Source of the DNA: Candidatus Poribacteria bacterium
GTDB lineage: Bacteria; Poribacteria; WGA-4E; WGA-3G
Length of the DNA: 64,000 nt
Assembly: GCA_963665235.2 (NCBI GenBank)
Contig: CAXXLX010000001.1
Span: forward strand, 448,001-512,000
Direction of reading: 5' to 3'
The translations under genes were made by a program, and so were the position numbers. The notes under the pieces were generated by a model. That model had not been told where the DNA came from. It worked only from the letters and a program-made list of their open reading frames with translations, and made no database searches. This document shows positions 32,095 through 41,977 of the stretch, in pieces; the first letter of the stretch is position 1, and every line of letters begins with the position of its first letter.

Positions 32095-32868
32095 TTAGGC
32101 GTTAGCAGCATCAACTGCCTTTTGAATGCCCGGCCATTCACGCCAAATATCGGTATACCCATCGTAACCGTTTTCCACACAATCAACATGACGGATACGA
32201 AAAATTACCGCGTACCGAACATCAGCCGACGCATTTGGTGCCGCGGAGTGGACTACCTGATGATGTGTCAAAACGACATCGCCTGCCTTGCCGACTATTT
32301 GTGTCGGGCCCTCAGGTAGCTCTGGACGCGGCATGCCGTCTGCTAAAACTTCATGCCCCTCTTTTCTGAAATAGTCTGCAAAAAAACTGTGCGATTTCGG
32401 CCACACCGTGAAATTCCCGCTATACGGCTCCGGAACATCTGCCAAGTAAACAACCGCTAGCGCTGTGAACCCACGCCGGTACACACCCTTTTCCATACCG
32501 TTGCTACCACTTCCAAGTCCATCGAGATGTCCGCGCGGTTCTTTCGCATCACGTGCCAGCGGCATCGGAAACCGAAGGGCTATCTGCGCCGCACCCGGCA
32601 CCTGAACATTGCCTTCACCTAACAACCCCTCCGTTATGTTATGAATAGGCGTTTTACGAAAAATATCCACAATCTGCGGAGCATTCCGAATTTCGTTGCA
32701 ATACGATTGTGCCCGAAACTTCTCAAGATCCCCTTCGTGCATACCAACTGCACCGATAGAATGGTTAATCATCTTCCGAGCAGCATCCACCATCAACTGT
32801 GGTACAACCCCCCGGATTGTGATATACCCGTTTTCATAGAATTCCAACTTCTGTTTTTGCGTAAGCAT
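32095..32868 (-). CDS. PhyH family dioxygenase
   Basis: FYENGY, HLD, GNFTVWPKSH, HSAAPN; start MLTQKQK after GGAGG. Confidence 0.85.
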   Translation of the reverse strand: MLTQKQKLEFYENGYITIRGVVPQLMVDAARKMINHSIGAVGMHEGDLEKFRAQSYCNEIRNAPQIVDIFRKTPIHNITEGLLGEGNVQVPGAAQIALRFPMPLARDAKEPRGHLDGLGSGSNGMEKGVYRRGFTALAVVYLADVPEPYSGNFTVWPKSHSFFADYFRKEGHEVLADGMPRPELPEGPTQIVGKAGDVVLTHHQVVHSAAPNASADVRYAVIFRIRHVDCVENGYDGYTDIWREWPGIQKAVDAANA

Positions 32869-32898
32869 GTTTCTCGCCTCCCAGAGATTTTCTAATAA

Positions 32899-33494
32899 TA
32901 CCATTTCTAATTGAAAATGTCTCTTTCTTGTAGCATAAACTTCCAGTTTGTGCTTTCTTGTAGCATAAACTTCCAGTTTGTGCTTTCTTGTAGCATAAAC
33001 TTCCAGTTTGTGCTTTCTTGTAGCATAAACTTCCAGTTTGTGCCGTTCTCCGTTTCATTTCTAACAACTTAATGGTGAATAATTAATACTTTCTTGTAGC
33101 TTTAGGTTTGATGTTGTGAAAATAAAGGGTGTGTCTTCCCCAGTATTTTTGTGCGCTTTTTGCTTGTAGCATACACCGAGGGTGGTAAGGCCCCGTGTGT
33201 GCTTCGGAGGCCAGTTCTGTACCGCCTTTCTTGTAGCATAAACTTCCAGTTTGTGCTTTCTTGTAGCATAAACTTCCAGTTTGTGCTTTCTTGTAGCATA
33301 AACTTCCAGTTTGTGCCGTTCTCCGTTTCATTTCTAACAACTAGTAATGGTAGAATAATTAATAAAAATGGTATAACGATAATACCATTTCTAATTGAAA
33401 ATGTCTCTTTCTTGTAGCATAAACTTCCAGTTTGTGCCGTTCTCCGTTTCATTTCTAACAACTGGTAATGGTAGAATAATTAATAAAAATGGTA
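32899..33494. mobile_element. Cluster of three family C MITE copies with 4, 3 and 1 x 30-bp REP units
   Basis: Left TIRs at 32899 and 33383, right TIRs ending 33373 and 33494, TAA flanks. Confidence 0.8.
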
Positions 33495-33727
33495 TAATAT
33501 CAAATATACCCTATTTAGACACTGCATTAAGCGAAAAGTTTATAGTATAATATCAAATATAAAAATCCACTACTAACCTTCCACCTCCCCGGCCCTGCCT
33601 CTCAAAAACAGTTGACATTTTTCAAGCATCTCGGTAAACTAAATCTGTCAACGCTAATTTTCTACTATCTTTTTACAGCGCAATGGACTCTAATATACAA
33701 AAATAGCATAAATAGGAGAAACTCAAA

Positions 33728-33964
33728 ATGATTACAATCCTTCTCATTGTTCTAATTGGGTGTGGAAGCATCGTGGTGACAGTGCTTGGATGTGTATGGA
33801 TGGGCACGTCCTACTCCGCAAAGAAACACGGCTTCCTCCAAGGTGCATCACAACGGGAACTGGAATCACTACAGCAACAGGTAACCCAGGTACGTGATGA
33901 AATTGATGCCCTGAAAAAACAGGTACAAGAACTCATCCAAGTTGCCAAAGGGATTGCCAAGTAA
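33728..33964 (+). CDS. Small membrane protein (TM plus coiled coil)
   Basis: RBS AGGAG, hydrophobic N-terminus, heptad C-terminus. Confidence 0.7.
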   Translation: MITILLIVLIGCGSIVVTVLGCVWMGTSYSAKKHGFLQGASQRELESLQQQVTQVRDEIDALKKQVQELIQVAKGIAK

Positions 33965-33977
33965 AGGAGGAAAACGT

Positions 33978-34259
33978 ATGACTATTTTCGGCTCTTTTGC
34001 CGTAACCGTCACGTTGATAGTTATGGGAACTATAACCGTTACAGTGCTGGTTGCTAGCAAGTTGATAACTGCACATCTTCTTAAAAAGAAGGGATACCGC
34101 CCGGACAAGGCAGCATCGACGTATCAACAGATACAAACAGATTTGGATCAGGCAGCTGCCGATTTAACGGACATTCGCCTCCAATTGGATGACGTGGCAC
34201 CGGCCCTACTCGATATGGAATTTTTGAAATACGCCCCAGATAACAAGGTGCCAGAATAA
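33978..34259 (+). CDS. Small membrane protein (TM plus coiled coil)
   Basis: RBS AGGAGG, same layout as the upstream gene. Confidence 0.7.
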   Translation: MTIFGSFAVTVTLIVMGTITVTVLVASKLITAHLLKKKGYRPDKAASTYQQIQTDLDQAAADLTDIRLQLDDVAPALLDMEFLKYAPDNKVPE

Positions 34260-34440
34260 CCTGCTAATTTGGCGATTAGCTCTTGGATCAGGGCTGTTAG
34301 CAAGAGATGAACCTAAGCCCTCTGACGCACGTCAGAACGCGTATTAGAATCACAAACCTCTTGCCAATTGCTAATTGCTAATTGCCAATCGCCAATGGAA
34401 TTTTTGAAATACGCCCCAGATAACAAGGTGCCAGAATAAC
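34215..34440. repeat. 46-bp direct repeat of the gene 3' end, 180 bp apart
   Basis: ATGGAATTTTTGAAATACGCCCCAGATAACAAGGTGCCAGAATAAC at 34215 and 34395. Confidence 0.85.
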
Positions 34441-34622
34441 TGCTGAATTGGCTGTTGGCAGTTGGCTATTGGAAAACAGAAGGCTCTGACGCGTGTCAAA
34501 AATCTGATTATAATCACAAAATCTTGCCAGGAGAGAAAATAATGAAAATCGCAGATTTTCATCTATTTCTCCTTTCTGCCATCTTGCCAATTGCTAATCG
34601 CCAATGAGCCAATCGCCAATCG

Positions 34623-35822
34623 CTAATTACCAATCAACCAACGATGAAACAGCACCTCCTTACGTCCAGGCTCAACAACCTGTAATAAAACCTCACCCCC
34701 CTCTAGAAAATCTACCGCCATGAAACCGGGATGCTGGTGTGCAAACAGTGTACTTTCGCCATTGCCGACGATTGTAGACTTCTCACTAGACGCAAGCCCA
34801 CTCACGAGCAGATAATCGGTAGTATCCCCCTCTAGAACTTGCAGCGAATGCTCATGTCCAGAGGCGTAAATTAAAAGCGGGGTCTTCTTCGCAGTTGAGA
34901 ACGCGGCATTGAGTTGTGAAACCATGTGTTTGTTCCGAACCCCGTTCATATCTTGTTCAGAGCGGACCAGATGCCACCGCCCCAGCGGATACAGCGAACC
35001 GATGAGGGGCATAGGCACCCAAAGCCATTTTTTCACAGTCCTAGCGGGGAAAAGGTGAACCTTCCAATCAAAAAAACCCCCATGCATACCGTAGGTTTCC
35101 AGCGGATGGTGCCCAACAACCATAACAGGCAATTCAGTGTCTAACATCGTTCTAAGTGAAGCTATAACCGCTTCCTCCGCTTCTTGCGGTTTTTCATATT
35201 TATGTAACCACCACTGCGTATCTAGCACGATAAGCCGGACAATAGGCGCGTCTGCCGGAAGATCAAGTCGGACGGGCCCCGGAAGACCACCACGCGGTAG
35301 GAAATTCGGTTCACGGGAGAGAGCATCGTTGATAAACCTCTCTTGTGCAAGAAGCGCGCTATACCCCGCCTTCCTACCGCCTGCCCAATCGTGATTACCC
35401 GGAATGAACAACCCATGTACCCCCGCAGCTTTGACAACTGCTAATTGTGGACCGAGCCGAGATTCCGCCTCGTGCCTCTTCCGGGCTGTCATCCCCTCCG
35501 GGTACATATTGTCGCCAAGAAAAACAGCACTCGTTTTTTCAGGCTCTTTTTCCGCCCACGCCTGGAGTGTTTTTAACACCGGTTCCCCCGGTTTCGGTTC
35601 TCCGCCGTCCCCAAGAAGTAGAACCCGATAGGCAAACGTGTGTTCCGTTACGACAGCCTGCCTCTCGGCAGCCGGAATTTCCGAACGGTAGTAGGGCGAA
35701 GTATGGCTACATCCCGCAATTGTGAGTTGCCCAACCTGAACAACAAACGCCAGTATAAAAATGCCCCAAAGGAGGTAAGAAGAATGTCCTCGGCGGGGCC
35801 TTAGATGTTTGTAAAATTGCAT
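34623..35822 (-). CDS. Calcineurin-like metallophosphoesterase, probably exported
   Basis: GDGG, LGDNMY, PGNHDW, GHHP, SGHEH. Confidence 0.88.
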   Translation of the reverse strand: MQFYKHLRPRRGHSSYLLWGIFILAFVVQVGQLTIAGCSHTSPYYRSEIPAAERQAVVTEHTFAYRVLLLGDGGEPKPGEPVLKTLQAWAEKEPEKTSAVFLGDNMYPEGMTARKRHEAESRLGPQLAVVKAAGVHGLFIPGNHDWAGGRKAGYSALLAQERFINDALSREPNFLPRGGLPGPVRLDLPADAPIVRLIVLDTQWWLHKYEKPQEAEEAVIASLRTMLDTELPVMVVGHHPLETYGMHGGFFDWKVHLFPARTVKKWLWVPMPLIGSLYPLGRWHLVRSEQDMNGVRNKHMVSQLNAAFSTAKKTPLLIYASGHEHSLQVLEGDTTDYLLVSGLASSEKSTIVGNGESTLFAHQHPGFMAVDFLEGGEVLLQVVEPGRKEVLFHRWLIGN

Positions 35823-35963
35823 TCGCTTTTAAGATTCCGTGAAGTAGTGGGTCCGGTTAAAATTCGTTTTTATGCCGCGCAGGACTTACGAAAATTTAGG
35901 CGATATCCTCGTTCGTAGGGGCGAGGTCCCCTCGCCCACTAGGTTTCCCTCTAAATCCGATTA

Positions 35964-37322
35964 TCATAAGGGTTCATCAACGCGCTGCGTAACTCCTGCC
36001 GCTATTAACTGCTTTATCCGAGCTACAATGCTGTTCAGTGGCACATTTTCCTGTTCTCTACTTGCCAAATCACGGATTGCAGCGTTCCCCGCAGCCAACT
36101 CATCCGAACCGAGGATAATAGCGTACGGAATGCCCTTTGCATCAGCATATTTCAGCTGCGTCCCAAGCCGGGCAGACTCAAAATAAACCTCTGTCCGAAC
36201 ACCCGCCTCGCGTAGAAGCATCGCCAGTTTGAGCGACTCTTCCATCAGGTCATCATCAAAAACTGTCATTAATACCTGCGTCACCGTCTTACCTACAGTG
36301 TCCGGAAACATGGAAAACGTCTCCATCACGTCAATAATCCGTTCAATGCCGAAACTTGTTCCGGTTGCGGGGTAGCTCTGCTTGCTGAAACTTCCGATAA
36401 GTTCATCATATCTGCCCCCTCCAGTGAGACTTCCGATTTTCAGTTCTTTAAAAACCGTTTCGTAAATCGGGCCGGTGTAGTATTCCAAACCGCGCACCAT
36501 AGCGACATTTACCTTGTAGCACGTGTCCGGCACACCGAGTATCGTGAGATAACGGATTAACTCGTTCAATTCAGCGATACCCGCCTTAGCTGCTGCTATA
36601 TGTCCGAGCTGCGTCTCAAGTTCACCAAGAACAGACTCTGGCGGTCCTTCAATCTGCAGCAGTGCCAGCAATTTCTCAATCACCGGCTCAGGAATCTCAT
36701 TTTCTTGCAACTCTGCAGTAACACCTTCCAATCCGATTTTATCCAATTTATCGATGGAACGATAGAGACCGCCAAGTTGTTCTGAAGGCACACCCGCGAA
36801 CTCCCCTATCCCCGTAATCAGTTTTCTATCATTGATAGCAATCTCAAATTGCATGAAACCGAGTCGGGAGAGCACCTGATATATGAGACTGACATTTTCC
36901 GCATCAGCTAACATACTCTCGCTGCCGACGGTGTCCGCGTCACACTGAAAAAATTGACGGTAGCGTCCCTTTTGAGGCCGCTCCGCTCGCCACACAGGGT
37001 CAATTTGGTACCGCTTAAACGGCTTTGGCAATTGTGGATACATAGCCACCACTCGACAGAGCGGGACGGAGAGGTCATAGCGGAGCGAGATATCCTCTTT
37101 CCCACCCGGGTGACCCGCCTGATAAATCAGCTTTTCTGCATCCGGACCGTATTTTCCATTGAGCACCTCAGATAATTCAAGTGCGGGGGTCTGCAAGGGT
37201 TCAAACCCAAATTCCTCAAATACTTCACGAATCTTATCTATAACGTACCGCCTCCGAATCATCTGCTCCGGTAAGATGTCTCGCATCCCACGCGGGACGC
37301 GCGGTTTAATAAAGGGTGCCAT
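35964..37322 (-). CDS. hisS: Histidyl-tRNA synthetase
   Basis: RYDLSVP, RAERPQKGRYRQF, RGLEYYTG, GGGRYD, GIERI, anticodon-binding domain. Confidence 0.95.
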   Translation of the reverse strand: MAPFIKPRVPRGMRDILPEQMIRRRYVIDKIREVFEEFGFEPLQTPALELSEVLNGKYGPDAEKLIYQAGHPGGKEDISLRYDLSVPLCRVVAMYPQLPKPFKRYQIDPVWRAERPQKGRYRQFFQCDADTVGSESMLADAENVSLIYQVLSRLGFMQFEIAINDRKLITGIGEFAGVPSEQLGGLYRSIDKLDKIGLEGVTAELQENEIPEPVIEKLLALLQIEGPPESVLGELETQLGHIAAAKAGIAELNELIRYLTILGVPDTCYKVNVAMVRGLEYYTGPIYETVFKELKIGSLTGGGRYDELIGSFSKQSYPATGTSFGIERIIDVMETFSMFPDTVGKTVTQVLMTVFDDDLMEESLKLAMLLREAGVRTEVYFESARLGTQLKYADAKGIPYAIILGSDELAAGNAAIRDLASREQENVPLNSIVARIKQLIAAGVTQRVDEPL

Positions 37323-37334
37323 AAATTCTCCTCC

Positions 37335-38105
37335 TTAAATGTGTCCAGGAAGTGTTTGACTTCTGCGCCGCCGCAATCCACTTGCCAACGTCTGCTTCAA
37401 TTCTTCAATCTTCTCGCGTTTCCACGAATCCTCAAGCGACTTCGGGTTTGCAATTAACGTCGATTCAGACTCACGCAGCACCTCAATAATTTTCAGATGG
37501 TTTGCCTTGAGCGTACGCGCTGAGCTGCAATTATCAATAATAGCATCCGCCTCCTCCGGCGGTTTTCCCTCTGTCGCCCCGAAAGACAGCATGAGTGTGA
37601 TAGGGGACTGGTAAGTACCGAGCGTGTTCAGACGTTTCCAAGGCGTTAGGATAGCGGGGGCAACACGGTTTTCAGTCTTTTCAAGGATATATTTCTCCGC
37701 TATGTTCAGATATTCGGTAGAAATACGGATGTTTCTATCAGCAAGGTTAACCAAATCCACGAACGTCTTAATGTCTTCTCGCTCCTCTCGAACCGCGAGG
37801 ACAATACTAACGTACCCATAAGCCAACGGCAGTATTTCCTCAACATCCGCATCCGTCTCTTCAACCCAATCCTGTCCTGTTATTCCCAAGTCGTAAAAAT
37901 TGTCCATGCCAACATAGACCGGAATCTCCTGGGGACGTGAAATTTTTATCTGGAATTCGTTATTATTGTGAAAGCTAGCACGATAGGACCGGTCGGTTGA
38001 CTTGTAACCGTTTATTTCGTAACCAGCACGTTGAAACATTTCAAGCGTCTCAGACTGTATAGTGCCTTTCGGCAAAAGTAAATTCAGCACTCTTTCTGTT
38101 TGCAT
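37335..38105 (-). CDS. hisG: ATP phosphoribosyltransferase, short form
   Basis: LPKG, RPQEIP, DLGITGQDW, GATE; lacks the C-terminal regulatory domain. Confidence 0.9.
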   Translation of the reverse strand: MQTERVLNLLLPKGTIQSETLEMFQRAGYEINGYKSTDRSYRASFHNNNEFQIKISRPQEIPVYVGMDNFYDLGITGQDWVEETDADVEEILPLAYGYVSIVLAVREEREDIKTFVDLVNLADRNIRISTEYLNIAEKYILEKTENRVAPAILTPWKRLNTLGTYQSPITLMLSFGATEGKPPEEADAIIDNCSSARTLKANHLKIIEVLRESESTLIANPKSLEDSWKREKIEELKQTLASGLRRRRSQTLPGHI

Positions 38106-38137
38106 AATTAGTTTCCCCAATCCTTAAGTAAGGTATA

Positions 38138-38614
38138 CTATAGTTTGGACAATATCCGTGAGCCGAATCCCCGCTTTCAAAGCCTCTCTGATTTTTCTCT
38201 AAGTGCCTCACACAAGGACAAAGAAGAGAAAAATGGTTTCCGCCGATGGGTCTTCCAAAGCGCGGTTTCCCCAGCGGGGCGGAATGGTTATAGAACGTGA
38301 GCTTGATAATAAATATCCGTTTGCTCTAAACCTTTTTCATCACGAAAAAAGCGGTGTAATTGTAGCATAAACTTCCTAGTTTGTGCTGGTTTTTGCTAAA
38401 ACTACCAGAGAACGCTCTAGGTCAAAACTTTTTTCAAACTCGCGTTTATAGAATGTTGGAACCCGTTGGCAGTTAGCAAGAAGGTTGTGATGCTAAGCCT
38501 ATCTCTGCTGCGCGTCAAAAACCTCTTCCCCGCTTCCACCCTTCCATTCTTCCACCCTTCCACCTATCCCTTTGACAAGAACGTTGTGCCTCCCTAAAAT
38601 TGTCCAAAGTTTAG
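38138..38614. mobile_element. MITE family A with nested family B copy (38295-38445) between hisZ and hisG
   Basis: 9-bp duplication TAAGGTATA; nested copy flanked by TTATAGA. Confidence 0.85.
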
Positions 38615-38652
38615 TAAGGTATAGGACATTTTTCTCAATATGCCTACCCCCT

Positions 38653-40086
38653 TTAAAGTTCCTCGATGGTGACTACCTCTGTGTCTTCAGTCTTCAAATC
38701 GATTCGCTGCATCGGCTGCGCTGATGCCAAGTGGAGCAGATAATCGTAATTCATTTTGGCAGCATATTCGTGTTGCGCCTGAATGTCGCGTTCCATCAGG
38801 TCCACCTCCACGCTTTTCCCGGCGCGTCTCAATTTTTCAGCGAGACGTTGCGCTTCCGGGATAAGCTCGGTAGAGGTTGTAGCGATAAAATAATCCCTTT
38901 TCGTCTGAACCGGTTCGCGTTGCGTTTCCGAGAACGCTTCCATGAGCGAATCGAATTGGAACGCAAACCCGGCTCCCGGAATTGGTGCTCCACCCAAACT
39001 CTCTATCAGGTGGTCATATCGTCCACCGCCACAAAGTGGAAGATGCCGCGCCGACAACTCAATCTGAAAAACCATCCCGGTATAGAAATCGAACCCCCGC
39101 GTGATGCCCAAATTGATTTCAAACGTCGTAATATCGGAATTTTCCAAACAAGCACAAAGCGTGAGCAGCTCTTCACGAACAGGTTCAGCTGTCCTACCAA
39201 GACGCGTTTCCCATGCCGCCATAACCGAATCCTTATCCCCTCGAATCTTAGCAACATCAATACACTGCTGCGCTATCTCTTCAGAAATATTGAAATATCG
39301 GGACCATCTCGCTTTATAGGTTTCCTCCGCAATCATCGGTAACCTCTCTGCCCAACTCGCAGCATTGTCCTCCGTTAGCTCCTGAACTGTATCCGCATTA
39401 ATCCTGTCCGCTCCTTGATAGTCGGGGCCTTGTAAACGGCGCAGAAAATTCAATTCATCCCGAACCGTTTCCGGCACCAAAAGTTCACTGTCCCCACGCA
39501 GCCGGGCGAGATGGTCAAGGTCTAATATCACTTCACTTTGGTCTTTCGGATTAGGCGTGACCTGTTTAAAAATCTCACGGAACACCCCGGTGTTCCCGAT
39601 TTTCAAAGTCGTTTGTGAGATGTTCAACTTCTCAAGAATCCGCATAGGAAGTGTAATAATCTCCGCGTCAGCAAGCACCGATGTTGAACCAATCAGCTCC
39701 ACACCTGCCTGCCGAAATTCCCACCGAACCTCCCGGTTATCCATCTTCGGCTCCCGCCGCACACACTGTCCGATGTAGTAAAGCTTATGCGGATAAGGCT
39801 GATGTTGTAGTTCTCCGGTGGCTACAATTCGGCAGACAGGGGCAGTCAGTTCAGGCCGCAGCGCGTAATCTACCCGGTCTGGCCCGACAAACGTAAACAT
39901 TTTATGACGTATCTCTTCGCCAGCCTGTACTGACAAAAGCGAGAACGATTCAAACAGCGGGGTCTGAACCTGCGCGTATCCGTAACTTTCAAATGTTTCC
40001 CGAACGATATTTTCAACGAAATTTCGCTGCACCATCTGTTCAGGTAAAAAATCGTTCGTTCCAGCCGGTTTCGTAAACTTTTCCAT
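38653..40086 (-). CDS. hisZ: HisS paralog, probable ATP phosphoribosyltransferase regulatory subunit
   Basis: PAGTNDFLP, LRPELTAP, EFRQAGVE, RGFDFYTG, GGGRYD; next to short hisG; RBS GGAG before 40086. Confidence 0.75.
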   Translation of the reverse strand: MEKFTKPAGTNDFLPEQMVQRNFVENIVRETFESYGYAQVQTPLFESFSLLSVQAGEEIRHKMFTFVGPDRVDYALRPELTAPVCRIVATGELQHQPYPHKLYYIGQCVRREPKMDNREVRWEFRQAGVELIGSTSVLADAEIITLPMRILEKLNISQTTLKIGNTGVFREIFKQVTPNPKDQSEVILDLDHLARLRGDSELLVPETVRDELNFLRRLQGPDYQGADRINADTVQELTEDNAASWAERLPMIAEETYKARWSRYFNISEEIAQQCIDVAKIRGDKDSVMAAWETRLGRTAEPVREELLTLCACLENSDITTFEINLGITRGFDFYTGMVFQIELSARHLPLCGGGRYDHLIESLGGAPIPGAGFAFQFDSLMEAFSETQREPVQTKRDYFIATTSTELIPEAQRLAEKLRRAGKSVEVDLMERDIQAQHEYAAKMNYDYLLHLASAQPMQRIDLKTEDTEVVTIEEL

Positions 40087-40139
40087 AGCCGTTTCTCCAA
40101 TAAACGTAAAAGACACTCCGTTGCTATAGCGTCCATTAC

Positions 40140-40225
40140 AAAAAAAAACCTAGTAAACATAGAGCTTCCTCACACAAGACACCGACAGTGCTGTGCAGAG
40201 AAGAGCGGTTAGTCTACCAGGGTTT
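40140..40225 (-). terminator. Attenuator terminator upstream of hisZ
   Basis: Minus strand AAACCCTGGTAGAC...GTTTACTAGG followed by T9, with an extended inner stem. Confidence 0.7.
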
Positions 40226-40283
40226 CAAGCAAGCTTCGCTTGCTCCGTATGTCCAGCTATCACATCATTCTAATCCGCCCTAC

Positions 40284-40331
40284 TCAGGAATGGAGTGAAT
40301 GGTGATGCTTGAGAAAAAATAACGTTAGCAT
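40284..40331 (-). CDS. hisL: His operon leader peptide MLTLFFLKHHHSLHS
   Basis: 15-codon ORF with 4 His codons (three consecutive), about 60 nt before the terminator. Confidence 0.8.
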   Translation of the reverse strand: MLTLFFLKHHHSLHS

Positions 40332-40689
40332 AGGTCTTCTTGTCTGTTTTTCTTCCAAAATAAAATTGAGTATATACCAATTATACTCTATCTCAGCACA
40401 AAAGTCAAATTTTTTCTGAATTAGCGGGTGTGTAAGTTTCGCTCATGTAAAAAGTATGTGCGATTGCTTGTGATAAAGTCAATAGCCATGGGGATTAAAC
40501 TTTTTTAGCAATCATCCTTTACATTAGCCAATATTTTTTATGAAGAAAAATCAAACAGTTCGCAACTAACATAACAGCAACCAAAACATTTTTCGGAGGA
40601 AAGAAGCACGTTTTGCAACTAACCTGATTAACCACTGATAGCGAAAGTGTAACATTTCATTTTTTTGAAATCGTCCAAGGGGGGTGTAA

Positions 40690-41890
40690 ACGACTTACAA
40701 ACATAGACGGGGCGGGCGTTCACGCACATTCAATACCGAGAACCAAATGTTACACTTTGTGTCAAAAGTGTAACATTTACACACAAATAGAACAAAAAAA
40801 TAGGAGACAGAACGATAAGAATTGTAGCACATACTTCCAGTTTGTGCCTCTATAAAGTAGGCAGGACAGATGTTACACTTTGTGTCAAAAGTGTAACATT
40901 TACACACAAATAGAACAAAAAAATAGGAGACAGAACGATAAGAATTGTAGCACATACTTCCAGTTTGTGCCTCTATAAAGTAGGCAGGACAGATACTCGA
41001 AAACCGGCCTCCGATATGTCCCACTTCGTTTTTTATGTGTTGTGAAAAAGATAGGGGTAAATCGCTTGAAAAGCTATACGTAGCGTGCGTTTGTGCGAAT
41101 GCAGCACCGAGAACCAAATGTTACACTTTGTGTCAAAAGTGTAACATTTACACACAAATAGAACAAAAAAATAGGAGACAGAACGATAAGAATTGTAGCA
41201 CATACTTCCAGTTTGTGCCTCTATAAAGTAGGCAGGACAGATACCCGAAATCGGCAGTCGAAATGACACAACGCGTTTTTTTCTGTTGCGAAAAAGAGAG
41301 GGAAAAACCACTTACAAACATAGATAGGGCGGGCGTTTGTGCACATGCAACACCGAAAACCAAATGTTACACTTTGTGTCAAAAGTGTAACATTTACACA
41401 CAAACCGCACAAAAAAGTAGGAGACAGAACGATAAGAATTGTAGCACATACTTCCAGTTTGTGCCTCTATAAAGTAGGCAGGACAGATACCCGAAATCGA
41501 CAGTCGAAATGACACAACGCGTTTTTTTCTGTTGCGAAAAAGAGAGGGAAAAACCACTTACAAACATAGATAGGGCGGGCGTTTGTGCACATGCAACACC
41601 GAAAACCAAATGTTACACTTTGTGTCAAAAGTGTAACATTTACACACAAACCGCACAAAAAAGTAGGAGACAGAACGATAAGAATTGTAGCACATACTTC
41701 CAGTTTGTGCCTCTATAAAGTAGGCAGGACAGATACCCGAAATCGACGGTTAAAATGACACAACGCGTTTTTTTCTGTTGCGAAAAAGAGAGGGAAAAAC
41801 CGCTTATAAACATAGACGGGGCGGGCGTTCACACACATGCAATACACAAAACCATAAGTTACACTTTGTGTCAAAAGTGTAACATTTACA
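40690..41890. repeat. Tandem ~246-bp non-coding repeats with a 34-bp palindrome and a GTAG REP
   Basis: Period 246 (41221, 41467, 41713); AAATGTTACACTTT-gtgtca-AAAGTGTAACATTT or close variants at ~40745, 40870, 41116, 41362, 41608, 41858. Confidence 0.9.
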
Positions 41891-41977
41891 CCGGTTTTGT
41901 ACAAAAACTTTACACACCCACTTGACATTTTTTGGAAAAAATGGCATACTTAAACGAAAACAAATTCGGAGGACGCA

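Noticed and set aside
40140-40400. T-box riboswitch upstream of hisZ
   Set aside because: No AAGGTGGNACCGCG-like T-box motif was seen; the leader peptide explains the region better.
40695-41928. Many short Cys-rich ORFs in the 246-bp repeats
   Set aside because: They occur on both strands and in several frames, without RBS or domain signal, so they are products of the repeat.
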